From contig MU006092.1 of NCBI GenBank assembly GCA_010093705.1, positions 936,623-1,000,622 on the forward strand: a stretch of 64,000 nucleotides of DNA. Reading direction: 5' to 3'. The position numbers were made by a program, and so were the translations under genes. Source of the stretch: Patellaria atrata CBS 101060. Lineage: Eukaryota. The notes beneath the pieces were generated by a model. The model saw nothing but the letters and a program-made list of their open reading frames with translations. It made no database searches and was not told where the DNA came from. Shown here one piece after another: positions 40,813 through 51,951 of this stretch (its first letter is position 1; every line of letters starts with the position of its first letter).

Positions 40813-41773
40813 AATGGTATACATAGAATCTCAAAGCTACGGTGTCAACACATACCACGCATACCTCCTCTGTCCTCTTGACGAACATGTCCTTGATCAG
40901 GTTCGTGCGGACTGGCGACTTGGAGCAGTCGATCGTCCGAACGATGAGCGATACACTTCGCCTTCTTCCAAGCTAGTCATTCATGATCGCCCAGAATTTT
41001 ACGGCAAGTCTCCACAGGAAATTCGGACGCAGCTAGAAGTTGAAGCGCTTTTCGAGAAAATGAAAGAGGACTGTTGTCCCACGAGCTTTCCAACAGACTC
41101 ATTTGTACTTCTTGATGAAGACACGGGGCCCACAGAAAGTATTTGGTATATTGGCAGCTGGCTTGATGAGGATGAGTTGGAGGGTGGACCAGATTACTTC
41201 TGGGATGGAGTGGTGAGAGAAGGAGAAGAGAGGGTGCTATGGAGGCTTAGAGCTAAAACCTGGGAGTACGTACTAATTGATAAACTATCGCGTTTCTTTC
41301 CATAATCCGGTCGTTTTGTGTGATACCCTAAGTTTGACCAAAACTCATCAAACTACTACAGGCTCCCATTGATTATCATAAACTACGAAATTAGTAATAT
41401 GGCTATCCAGGAGGACATTTTAAATGCGAGTCCCAATGTCTTCCGCGAGGATCGCAAATACGATCAGAAGGCCCCTCAGAATCCTGTTGAAATAACGGGA
41501 CGTAAGCATTTTGAACGAGAGCGGCCTCGCATTTCCCCTACTGTTATTGCAGAAGCAGGAGAGTGGGAAGAAACTGATTCGGAGGAGGTGAGAACAAGAT
41601 TCTACATTTCTTCTACCTCCAGGGCTGTGAGATTAAAAAGAGACCTTTCGGCGAAGCTGGGCCTGCAGGAAGGATGGGTAAGTGCCGAAAACGGACGTCA
41701 GGAAGGTCTACCAGAGGGTGCAATCAGATTTCATGCTCCGTTGGATCTGGAGGCTAAACCTATTAAATGGTGA
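40813..41773 (+). CDS. Hypothetical acidic protein (2 exons; intron 41266-41361)
   Basis: Two adjacent ORFs joined in frame by a GTACGT..CTACAG intron (...KTWE/LPLIIINYE...); no family recognised; start codon uncertain (40790 or 40813). Confidence 0.65.
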
Positions 41774-41950
41774 TGATGTGTTAGAGACTAGAGTACGGCT
41801 CAAGCCTGACGATATGCTCTTCTGAATGTTCTTCCCTCGTAAGTGAATCACGTTGGCCAAAATCAGTAGACGATATGAGCATTTTAGAGATGATCCCAAT
41901 ACACCATGTTTCAGCGTTTCTATCAATCGGAACATAATGTGTTACTAATG

Positions 41951-42879
41951 CTATATCTCAAAAAGGAGCGGTGGGTCCCCCCTTTCCCTTCCCCATCGAT
42001 TAGTCGCATCCAAGATCTCCTTACACCCCTTCAGTGCCCAACTCCATTTTTGCCAAAACCCTTCGGATACTTCCCATCCGTTAGCATGCCAGGGTTCCGA
42101 CCACAAGATTATACCGCGCTGTTCGATTTCGGAGACTGGAAATCCATCGAAAAGTCCTCCAATTGTGTCAGACCAGAGTTGGGATTCATCAAACATCCCA
42201 AGGGAACGGAGGAGGTTGTCGCGGAAAACCGGGTCTGGAATGATATCAAACCAAGATTCATGAGGAATGGTGCGCTGGAGAGTGGTTGGGTGGAGGGATG
42301 GAGGAAGACATTTTACAGATGATGGATCGAGGCTTGGGAGAACGTGAAGCGCAGCTGAGGAGCATGCGTCATTAGAGGGAGTAACGGTAGGCTCAAGGCG
42401 GCAAAGGAGTTCACGGTTGAACAGAGAACCACGGAGAGCATTGAATTGTAGTAAAGTGATCAGATGGTCTGAGGAAAGAGGAAAGATGATCCTGTTGAAC
42501 CTAGTCTGGTTTGGGTCTACAAGGAGGAACGGTTCCCCGGTTCTGCTGAAGTTATGGACCGCAGAAGCTGGAAAATGAACGACCGCCTGTCGGTCTTCGA
42601 CCTAGCACGGTATCCCAATGTCGGTCATAGATGGAGAGTCGGCCGCTTGACGGGTTTGTGACTCCAAAGCTTTACGGCGCCCTGTAGTATACTTAGCTAA
42701 TGTCCGAGCATCCTAATTCAGGTAAACTTACGGTACGCTCTTATATTAAGTCTATTCTGTCTCTTTCTCCGCAATGCAGCATCCGTAATGCCCGTCCAAT
42801 TATCTTCCTTGTCAACAGCCTCGGCCAACTGGGGCATCTCGCGAAGCTGTATGTGAGATTCCGTATGATGTTTAGACAT
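41951..42879 (-). pseudogene. bZIP-basic-region + DUF3425 transcription factor with one premature stop
   Basis: EDNWTGITDAALRRKRQNRLNIRAYRRRK (intron 42682-42731), DHLITLLQFNALR, PPSLHPTTLQRTIPHESWFD..RDNL and GIILWSEPW..GWEVSEGF motifs; in-frame TAG at 42602-42604. Confidence 0.8.
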
Positions 42880-43375
42880 TGTCGTAGAGAGTCTACATCG
42901 AAATAGGCAGGCAGTTAGGTCGTTTGCTATTAGATGTAGTCTGCTTACACTACTCAGATTATAACTGCGCTGAGAATATGTAGGGATTGTCTCACTATTC
43001 GCTTTTTAGTCAGAGATGTATAATTGACCAAATAAACCAAATACTATATTGCACAGATGATTGGTTAACTAATGTCTTTAGCTCCATGCAGCTGGCTTAC
43101 AAGTACGCTTAACCGAATCAGGAGCTCAACTTGCAATTATCTCCCGCCGCCTCAAGCACCAGTGTTGTTCAGTTCAGAAGTGGTGTTTTGTCGGCAAGGT
43201 ATACTAGGAAATAAGTGCAGTCGTACTACTGATTAATGATCCGGTTTGAATGTCCGTTGACGATTTCCTCGGTTCTGAGGCTGGTGGAGGCTATTATAAA
43301 AAGGTGTGAGCCTTTCCAATTGCAACAATCATCATTTTCTTCATCGAAAGCATATAGGTACGCTATTCTGTTCCG

Positions 43376-44587
43376 ATGGCTGTGGGTAAAGTGACTTTTC
43401 ACCCGGATTCTCTCCCTAATCTCACGGGTGGAGTGTACATTGTCACCGGTGGAAATTCTGGAATGTTCGTTTCAGCCTCTGTTCTCAGTACCACTATCTG
43501 GACTTACTGGATTGTAGCGGATATAACACCGTCGCTCGTCTAGCACAGCATGGCGCCCATGTATATATGTGCGCCCGCTCTCCTATCAAAGGAAATGCGT
43601 CAATTAACACCATCAAATCGCTATATCCGGAAGCACATATAACATTACTTCAGATGGACCACTTGTCGCTCTCCACCGTTGTGTCCGCAGCGAAGTTTGT
43701 TCTTTCTAAAGAGACAGCAATTCACGGGTTGATAAACAACGCTGGAATTATGGCAACACCATTCGAGATGACCAAGGACGGGTATGAAGCGCAATGGCAA
43801 ACAAATTACCTTGCACACTGGGTCTTCACTTCTCACCTCTTGCCGCTTCTTCTCACAACCTCTAGGCGGATGCCACCAAGTAGTGTGAGAATTGTGAACT
43901 TGTCATCATCAGGTCATTATTCAGCACCAAAGGAGGGAATACATTTCGCGGATACGTCCCTACCGAACGATAGTGTTATGACTCGCTACGGGCAATCCAA
44001 GCTTGCAAATGTCCTTCATACTAAGACTCTTAACAGATTATTGATTGAATACACACTGGTATGAGCTGAGATAGTAGATAGGAGGGTGTAAAGTGTTTCG
44101 TTGATTGTCAACTATCATGTGGGTGGCATTGCCATCTTAAAGCATTGCCTGTTCAGCCATCTCAATTGCCATGGCCTCCAGCAGTTTCAGATATCCAGCC
44201 ACCTTGCGTGACCCTCAATTCCAACAATTATACGGTCCAGGCTCACGTAACTCCCAGGAGGGCAATGGGAAGGTTTGGACCGCAGCTGTACACCCGGGTC
44301 TGGTTGACAGCCAGCTGGGAGCACGAGCTGAGATCCCGTGCTGGATGAGAATGATATTCGCACCTTACATGGCGCTCGGTGGAAGCATGGATGGAGATAA
44401 AGGATCATGGACGAGTGTCTTCTGCGCAGCCAGTCCATATATGTCCAAAGAACAGAGTGGTGCTTATTTCCAGAGAATAGCAGATCCAGGAGGATGGCAG
44501 AGTGGAAAGGCTAGAGATATGGAGCTTGCTACGAGGCTAGAAGAGTGGACAAGTGATAAGATGGAAAGAGAAGGGTGGATGATGTAA
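43376..44587 (+). pseudogene. Short-chain dehydrogenase/reductase (retinol-DH/WWOX-like) interrupted by a solo LTR
   Basis: IVTGGNSGIG (intron 43465-43517), INNAGIM, RIVNLSS, YGQSK and VHPG motifs; frame is restored (LNRLYGPG) when 44042-44231 is removed. Confidence 0.85.
44042..44226. mobile_element. Solo LTR (185 bp) with 5-bp target-site duplication
   Basis: TG...CA ends (TGATTGAAT / ATTCCAACA, imperfect inverted termini); ATTAT duplicated at 44037-44041 and 44227-44231. Confidence 0.85.
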
Positions 44588-44742
44588 TCATTAGATGGCT
44601 TACCAGACTGATGGGTACACCTTTACTCCTCATATTACAATAATCGCTATATTTGGTGTTGTGCTCCTTTCTTCTCTTGTTGATCCTTCTTAAAGTATAC
44701 TAGATCTAGCGTTGATGTGTAGAGCTATGGCAATGCACAACG

Positions 44743-44892
44743 GACAGGTTAATCAGCGACAGGTTTATCAACGACAGGTTTATCAACGACAGGCTTATCA
44801 ACGACAGGCTTATCAACGACAGGTTTATCAGCGACAGGTTTATCAGCGACAGGTTTATCAATGACAGGTTTATCAGCGACAGGTTTATCAGC
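44743..44892. repeat. Minisatellite, 10 x 15 bp (GACAGG[T/C]TTATCA[A/G]C)
   Basis: Units counted directly. Confidence 0.95.
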
Positions 44893-45658
44893 GCGAATGT
44901 TCACAATTCGTCCGTATTCTTCCCGTAGTATGCTGACAAGTCGGTGGATGATCTTAATTCCTCTACTGTGATCGCTTTACTGATGATTGAGCTGATTCGT
45001 ATAGTAGGGTGTTAGGTGTACCCAGAAGAACAATCATCTCGTTACGAATATCAGACGGACAAGTCATTCCTCTACTTATGATTTTCTGTAGTATGTTCAA
45101 CGCTGAATGATATAATAATAGAGCCATGACGGTGAACATAACTTACATGTATCTACTCCGTAGTTTGTCAACTTGGACCCATTCGTACCTCGTAGGCCTT
45201 TTTCGGCATGGTCACCCGCTCAAGCCTCTTCCCCGCATTCCGCTTATGCGGCTCGGCTGAAGAGCTTAACGGTCTTTAATTCTACCTCAAGAGACCTGGG
45301 CTTCGGTATACCCATTCCTTATTAAAGTCTCTCCTTACGTCCGCGTGAATCTTGCCCCCTGATATGTTGCAAAGAAATCATTTCTTCTAAATGCCGGCCT
45401 CCAGATCAGGCTTTTCTATCTGTTCAAGTACTACAGCGCTGGATCACATCGCCCAAGTGTCACCGCGTGATCAGATTTCAATAGTGGGAATGGTCAACAC
45501 TTCTAAATTTCAATGTTGAAAATTATTCAACAAGGACTAAATGTCAAGATACGTAGTGCTGTGGGTGAGCGCCGAGTTTACACCCTCGTCTTTCTCATCC
45601 ACTGGACAATTGCCGGCCCTTCCAAGACATTCTTCCACCAGTTGAAATATGATCAATT

Positions 45659-46391
45659 TTATTCCACATTGATAGAAGAGCTTCCGCTGGCAAGGACTCT
45701 ATTATTAGTATATCCCTCCGTTGCAACGATCATATAGTTGTGTCTTCCTAGTCTCATTCCGAGTTTCGCCCATTCGTCGAAGTGCCTTGAGGTTGTAACG
45801 GTTCCACCCACCCGCTTTTCAGTTCGAACGGACCAATACTGCTGAAAGGTCCTTGTACCTTCAATAGATGGTTTATTGACGCGAGTGCTTGTGAATATTT
45901 CATACGTGCCTTCTTCGAAGGTAAAGTTTCCTTTGCGTGTCCAGGGCTCGCCGGGATCGAGTTCTCCGTACGACTCAATAACGTAGTATTCAATGAGAGG
46001 ATTCTGAGTCCAACCGTATATAGCAAGATAACCCGGACCTGTTGGGGTGTATGTTCCGCTGTATTTCACAGTCCTATTTTCAAAAACTTGTCAGCTGCCC
46101 TCTTACCAGGACGAACAGTATCCATCGGCACTCTACTAACCTAGGCCCTCCGGGATTCCACCCCTTCCCACATACGAAACCGCCGTTGGTACCGGACCAA
46201 GTCGCAGTATATGAGCCGCCGGCACCGTTACTGCATCTATAACTACCGCTACCCTCGGACCAGTTGGACCAGAAGCTTGCGGCAAGACCGACTGATGAGC
46301 TCGGAGTTACACCGCGTTCAATAAGCACTGGAGGTGCAGTTAAGACCACTGGGATCAGAGAAAGAACTGTAAGGAATGAGAAAGAGACCAT
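45659..46391 (-). CDS. Endo-1,4-beta-xylanase, GH11 (2 exons; intron 46074-46140)
   Basis: Signal peptide; [36 protein letters not shown] and VATEGY motifs; both catalytic Glu present. Confidence 0.95.
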
Positions 46392-46556
46392 GATTGCGAA
46401 TGTGATCAAGGGCGTTCATTTTCCTATCGCTAAGTAGGTCACCTACCCTTTATATATTTTCCCACAACAAGGATTTACAAGTCAAGCTCAATCTACTTAC
46501 TACATTCTCTAAGACAAACCGAAAATCGCCTTGTTAATACCCACAAGGAGCCTTTA

Positions 46557-46563
46557 GGCTAAA
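46557..46563. promoter_or_regulatory. Candidate XlnR/Xyr1 site GGCTAAA upstream of the xylanase
   Basis: Exact consensus ~165 bp upstream of the ATG, beyond a TATA-like stretch at ~46449-46457; a short motif that could occur by chance. Confidence 0.4.
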
Positions 46564-48685
46564 CACAATTACTCGCAAACTGTGTTGAAGACACTCAATC
46601 ACGTCACAGATCATATATCATTCAAAAGTAATTGGTGTATAAAATATATGGATCACAACTAGATCATTCGCGCGACATCATGAATTATTAACCTTGAAGT
46701 TGGAAGACTGTTGTCTACCGAAGAATCAATCCATCCTTATTACGAATTATTCCTTTAGTGTTCTGCACGTTCGACACGGTGCTCACTGACAACACGTTGT
46801 TACACTTTTTCGCTTTCTTATACACTGATGATCCGGCTGTTTCTTCTAATTACAGTCTTCTGTCAACACTCGCTATATTATTCACGGTGATAGATAACAT
46901 CCTACCAGGCAACCAATTAACAAATGGTTGCTTGAATGTGCAGGTAGAAGTATCTATTCGATATTTTGCTATGACCCCAAGCTCCTCCTTCTAGTTACAA
47001 GGTTTAGACTAGTCTGGCTCCTTTATCTACGTTGTTATGGATCTGGAGATGAAGTCTAGGGTATGTATTTCAATATCCAGGCTCTTTTTCACAAATAAAG
47101 GTACTAATAATAGCACATTCTGACACGCTTGCCAGTCAATGATTCCTTTTAGCAGTACATATACCGATTCATGCATTCCCCTTGGAGTTCTTCGTTCTTC
47201 CCTCTCTTCTCATCGTCATCTCTCGGGCAAATAGGGAAGGTATTCTTAGTCTATTGAGCGCGATAGCAATTTGAATTTTCCAGGCTCGAAAGCGCTGGTT
47301 TTTCGTTATGAACGTGAGGCGTGTTCATGGTGGTGTCCTCAACGATTATTAGAAAATGAGTTCGATATTGACCATGGAGCCTTTCTCACTTATACTATTC
47401 TACTCTACTGTAGAATAAAAGCTGTGCTTCGGATCATTTTGCATGAGGTTTAGCAAACGGGTACGAGTGAAAACTACGCCTTTGGTCTTCCAACAAGGTC
47501 ATTCGAATTGGAGGTCAACCTACTCCAGACACTTTGCGCATCTCTCTCTTGCTTGTATAGCTTTTCTATTGTCTCAACCCCGAGTCTCAACAAGAGCATA
47601 TAGAGAGAACTTAGTTCAACTCGTATCTTTTTTTTTTTTTAATTCCATTGTATTGTATTACCTACAATACTGCGCATGCAGCCTTCAAGCTATGGCGCAA
47701 CTCCCTATATACATAAATCCCTTTTCAGGGCCCTCATATGCTTAGTAAAGTCTTTAGTGGCTTAACCCACTGATATTTTATTTGCAAAGGAAAGTCAGGA
47801 AGTTTAAACTCTATACAAAGGAAATTGTTGAAAAACCATCCCTTCTTCCTCTTTACCATCTGTTTTTTATTCCCAGTTTTATGCCATACATCCTGTTATC
47901 TTCTGTAGACTCTATAACTCGTATCTTAATTTGCTCTGGACTTCCCCTCGCCCGCCTTTTACTCTTCGGAAATCCGGATATGTGAAATTGATATACACCA
48001 TGATGGTTCTATCCACAACATATGTATGCGCTCCATAAAGTCGCGAACCTTATGGCTACAAATCTCATACAGCCATGTTTCATAAGAGCTATGGTGGTTC
48101 GAGGGAGAGTCGTTAGGCTTAGAGCCAATTTTAAATAACAGAAACAGGTCAAAGTAAGGAGTCTTGTTGGTCATTCAAAGCAAACCCCACCATCTGATTC
48201 TGAAGCTAGGTGGAATACCAGTAAGTAAGGTACCGTTTTCTTTGTGATTCTTTGCTCTCCCATACATACGTTAGCAGTAAGTCCGGTCTCCGCTCTAGTC
48301 CTAAAGAGAGCTCAACGACTGATAGTTCGAAATAAAACTTACAATGATGATTCGATGCCAGAGAAGGTGTCTCTTGAGATTCAAGGGGGCAAAGTAAGGG
48401 GTATTGATATCTTGGCATATTAGTAACCATCGAGTCGATACACCAGACAGAAGGCCATTGATTGGTTACCGTGACTGAAGCATCACCTTGGCTTGGCTGT
48501 TTTGTCTTGTTTACCTCTCCCTCCGAACTCGATTACGACAACTACCAGGAAGGGTGCTTCACAGCTGTACAGCTGAGAGATTTCAAGTTCGAATCTTGTC
48601 ACATCTTTCATTAATCATAACCTGCGCGGTATTCTATTACCAAAGGTCATCGTCTGCCGGCCTACGATAGGCCTTATAGCCCATC

Positions 48686-49790
48686 ATGGGTTACCACATG
48701 AATGTGTTTCGCATACTGGCAGACGTTTCTCACTCAGCTTCGAAAGTCATTCTCATATGGTCTATCCATTCAAACAGAAGCGCGGAGGGTAATTATAAAC
48801 ATAAGAACGTCTAGTCGGGCCATTTGATCTAACATCACACAGGCGTATCATTAATGACCCAGGCACTTTATACTGTAGTCTTCTGCGCACGGTACATGGA
48901 CCTCTTCTGGAGCCCCGTATTTGGTAGCTTCGTTCGCAGCTGGAACTTTACCCTTAAGATCTTCTATATTGCTACATCACTATACATTGTCTTTATCATG
49001 ATGCGTATTTTCGCTCGGACGCGAGAAAAGGAGAAAGCGTGGAAGATGGGCATGTATTCACTCATCGGATCTGCAGCTTCAGCTCCGCTGGTGTTTCTGA
49101 TCTTCAAACGCGGACGCAAATACACGTTCTTCCAGGTACATAATGACTATTAAACTTGAGCGCTATTAAATGCTTATGTTGAGATACTAGGTCTCCTGGA
49201 CCTTTTCTATAATACTAGAATCCTTCTGCATTCTCCCGCAACTACTTCTGCTCCGCCAAACCACTGTTCCCACCGTTATCGACTCCTTTTATCTTGGTAC
49301 CTTAGGCATCTACCGTGCCCTATACATCCTCAACTGGGTAGAGCGTGGCCTCGACTCTAATGATCCGCAAGGTTTCGATCCCATTGCTGCCATTTTTGGC
49401 ATCATACAAACTGCTTTCTATATTGATTTTGCGTGGGTATACTTCACAAGGCAACGTGTCAAACTGAGAGCTGGTGGTGTTGTAGATTCGGATGATTTAA
49501 GCAGAGGATGGTTAGTTGGGAAAATTATAGGGCGGAAGAGTCTTGATGGAGATGAGGAGGCCGCACCTCCTGGAACAGAGAGAAGACCACACGGCAACTC
49601 TCGGTGGGGTGCAAGGGGTATTAGTATCAGCGCTGATGAAGGTGTACGGGACAATGCGGAGACAGAAAGACTAACAGACCCCACGGTCTTTGAAGACGGT
49701 GATTTGAGTGATGATGAAGGAGCGCCATCCGATGCGCACTCCAATATCGTAGGAAATGGAAAGGAGTGGAGAGATGATGAGGGCAAATAG
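48686..49790 (+). CDS. ER lumen protein-retaining (HDEL/KDEL) receptor family protein with extended C-tail (3 exons)
   Basis: MNVFRILAD, SAEGVSLMTQALY, ARYMDLF, WTFSIILES..LPQL, YRALYILNW and QTAFYIDF motifs; introns ~48789-48842 and ~49135-49190. Confidence 0.9.
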
Positions 49791-50105
49791 TCTTCTTGAC
49801 TTGTTCATTTGCGCGTTTATGCAGTTGGATAATATTTTGTGTACTTCTGCACTAAAATTACCGAACACAAATATTGAAACAAGCTCAACTCGTTTTTGAG
49901 AAGGGTACTAATAATATCATTAGAGGACGGTGATTCGCTACCTCTAGCAGATGATTTTAGAGCGAACAGCCGAAGTAGGAGCGACTGCCAAGACCGCACA
50001 ATGAACTTCGAACATTTTGGAGCTCGATATCAGCGACGACGACAAAACTTAGCGACGACGCGCCCTTACAAATCCACGCCATTCCAATAGTCTCACCTCG
50101 TCGAA

Positions 50106-50888
50106 ATGTCTTCAAAGAGAGGGTGAGTTATAATAAATCTATTCTTGGAGCACTTCTATGCTCCAAGCAAGGTTACAACGGTTTTCGGAACATCAGCTAA
50201 CAGATCTCGAATATCAGTCGCGGTTCCACTTCTGGTAACAAGCTGAGGATGACACTCGGTCTCCCTGTGTATGTGTTACTTAAAATCCGACAAATTCATT
50301 GCCCCAGTCTCCATCAATTACCGGCCAAAATGCAGTATCTAACAATTCTCTCAAAGTGGTGCCGTCATGAACTGCGCAGACAACTCCGGAGCACGAAATC
50401 TTTACGTTATCTCCGTCAAAGGCATCGGTGCGCGCCTCAACCGGCTCCCCGCTGCTGGTGTTGGTGATATGGTGATGGCTACAGTCAAGAAGGGCAAGCC
50501 TGAGTTGAGAAAGAAGGTTATGCCGGCTGTGGTCGTCAGGCAAAGCAAACCGTGGAGAAGGGCAGATGGCATATATCTTTACTTCGAGGACAACGCCGGT
50601 GTGGTGAGTAGCTTTCACTGTCTCCACAAATATACCGAACAGTAGGAATTTGAAATGGGAGTAGTGGAAAAGCATATCATATAGAGAGTCATCAGAGAGC
50701 GAATTCGTTGCTAACGGAATATTTTAGATCGTTAACCCGAAGGGCGAGATGAAGGGATCAGCTATTACAGGACCAGTGGGTAAAGAAGCCGCGGAGCTCT
50801 GGCCAGTACGTGCTGTCGCTTTCACTAGTGTGGACTCAGCTAACAATATCATCAGCGTATTGCCAGCAATTCTGGTGTCGTTATGTGA
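50106..50888 (+). CDS. RPL23: 60S ribosomal protein L23 (uL14), multi-exon
   Basis: [53 protein letters not shown] and [10 protein letters not shown] motifs. Confidence 0.97.
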
Positions 50889-51951
50889 ACGGTGTTTTTC
50901 AGCCTTCTGTTCTTACTGCATTGGGATTGGGACTACGGGTGCGATTTCGGGGTTCAGTAGTTGATACAAAAATACTCCAAATGAGGAAATGAATCACAAC
51001 CGAATAATTGCGCATTGCTAAAACTATACCGGCGTTTGATCTTAGGAATCCACCGTGAGTTCTATGAACATTGCGAGGGTAGATTCGCCCCGTGTCAAAT
51101 CACAAATAGTTAGGCAATTTTAAAAATCATCGACCTGCATCGCGAACCATCAGTCTTTAGATGGAGCACACCAGCTATTCCACAGAGCTGGAGATATCCA
51201 TATGGAATTCACAGATAAGATAACAGCGGACAATCTCATAGACCGAGCATTGGCTATGGAGGCAAAGTGCTCTAATCTGTGTCAACAGGCGGGTAAAAAT
51301 GATGACAGACCAAAGCACGCCTGTTATACCCGTTTGACTCTACTTGTTTCGTATGTACTGTTTACTGTAGATTGATCCTTGAACTTTAGCTTGATCTAGG
51401 TCGAAACATTGCATCATCTCCTGTCGCTTCGGTCGGCGTTAAGAGGGTCTATGAATCTTTTCAAAGCCATTTCTCCTCAGGATTTGTACATGATCTTTAG
51501 AGCTATTCCGTGTGTATTTATGTTCAGATAAGTACCTTACGCCACCACTCAAAGGATTCCTGTACCTGGGTTTGTCTGCATGTGGGGAAAAGCTTCTGTT
51601 CCCGGCCAGGATCGCGGCGGAATAACCGCCTCATACCTCATATCTGACCTTCCTAATAGCGTTTAGTGGTTCTTAACGGACTTCCAATTCCAACCAGGCC
51701 GATATCATCAATATAATCAATCACCAATACATGCCGATAACACAAACAAGTCTTCCGCCTGCTTTCTAGCCACCATACCTAGTATCCAACATGCCGTCAT
51801 TCCCTACCGCCTTAGCTTGCACAAGGATCCAACGTAGGTGAAGCTTCGCCGTAGCACAAGCTTTCTTTTATATCATGGGTAGCTGCTTCTCGGGTGTCCC
51901 CACCTCTGACGAAGTCGTACCGCTTCATTGTAACTTCATTTTCTGAGCGGA

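Noticed and set aside
44728..44865. RQVYQ-repeat peptide as a possible fungal RiPP (dikaritin) precursor
   Set aside because: No signal peptide, no Kex2 KR sites, an internal TGA, and no DUF3328 gene in the window
44743..44892. CRISPR-like array
   Set aside because: Units are contiguous with no spacers, and the genome is eukaryotic
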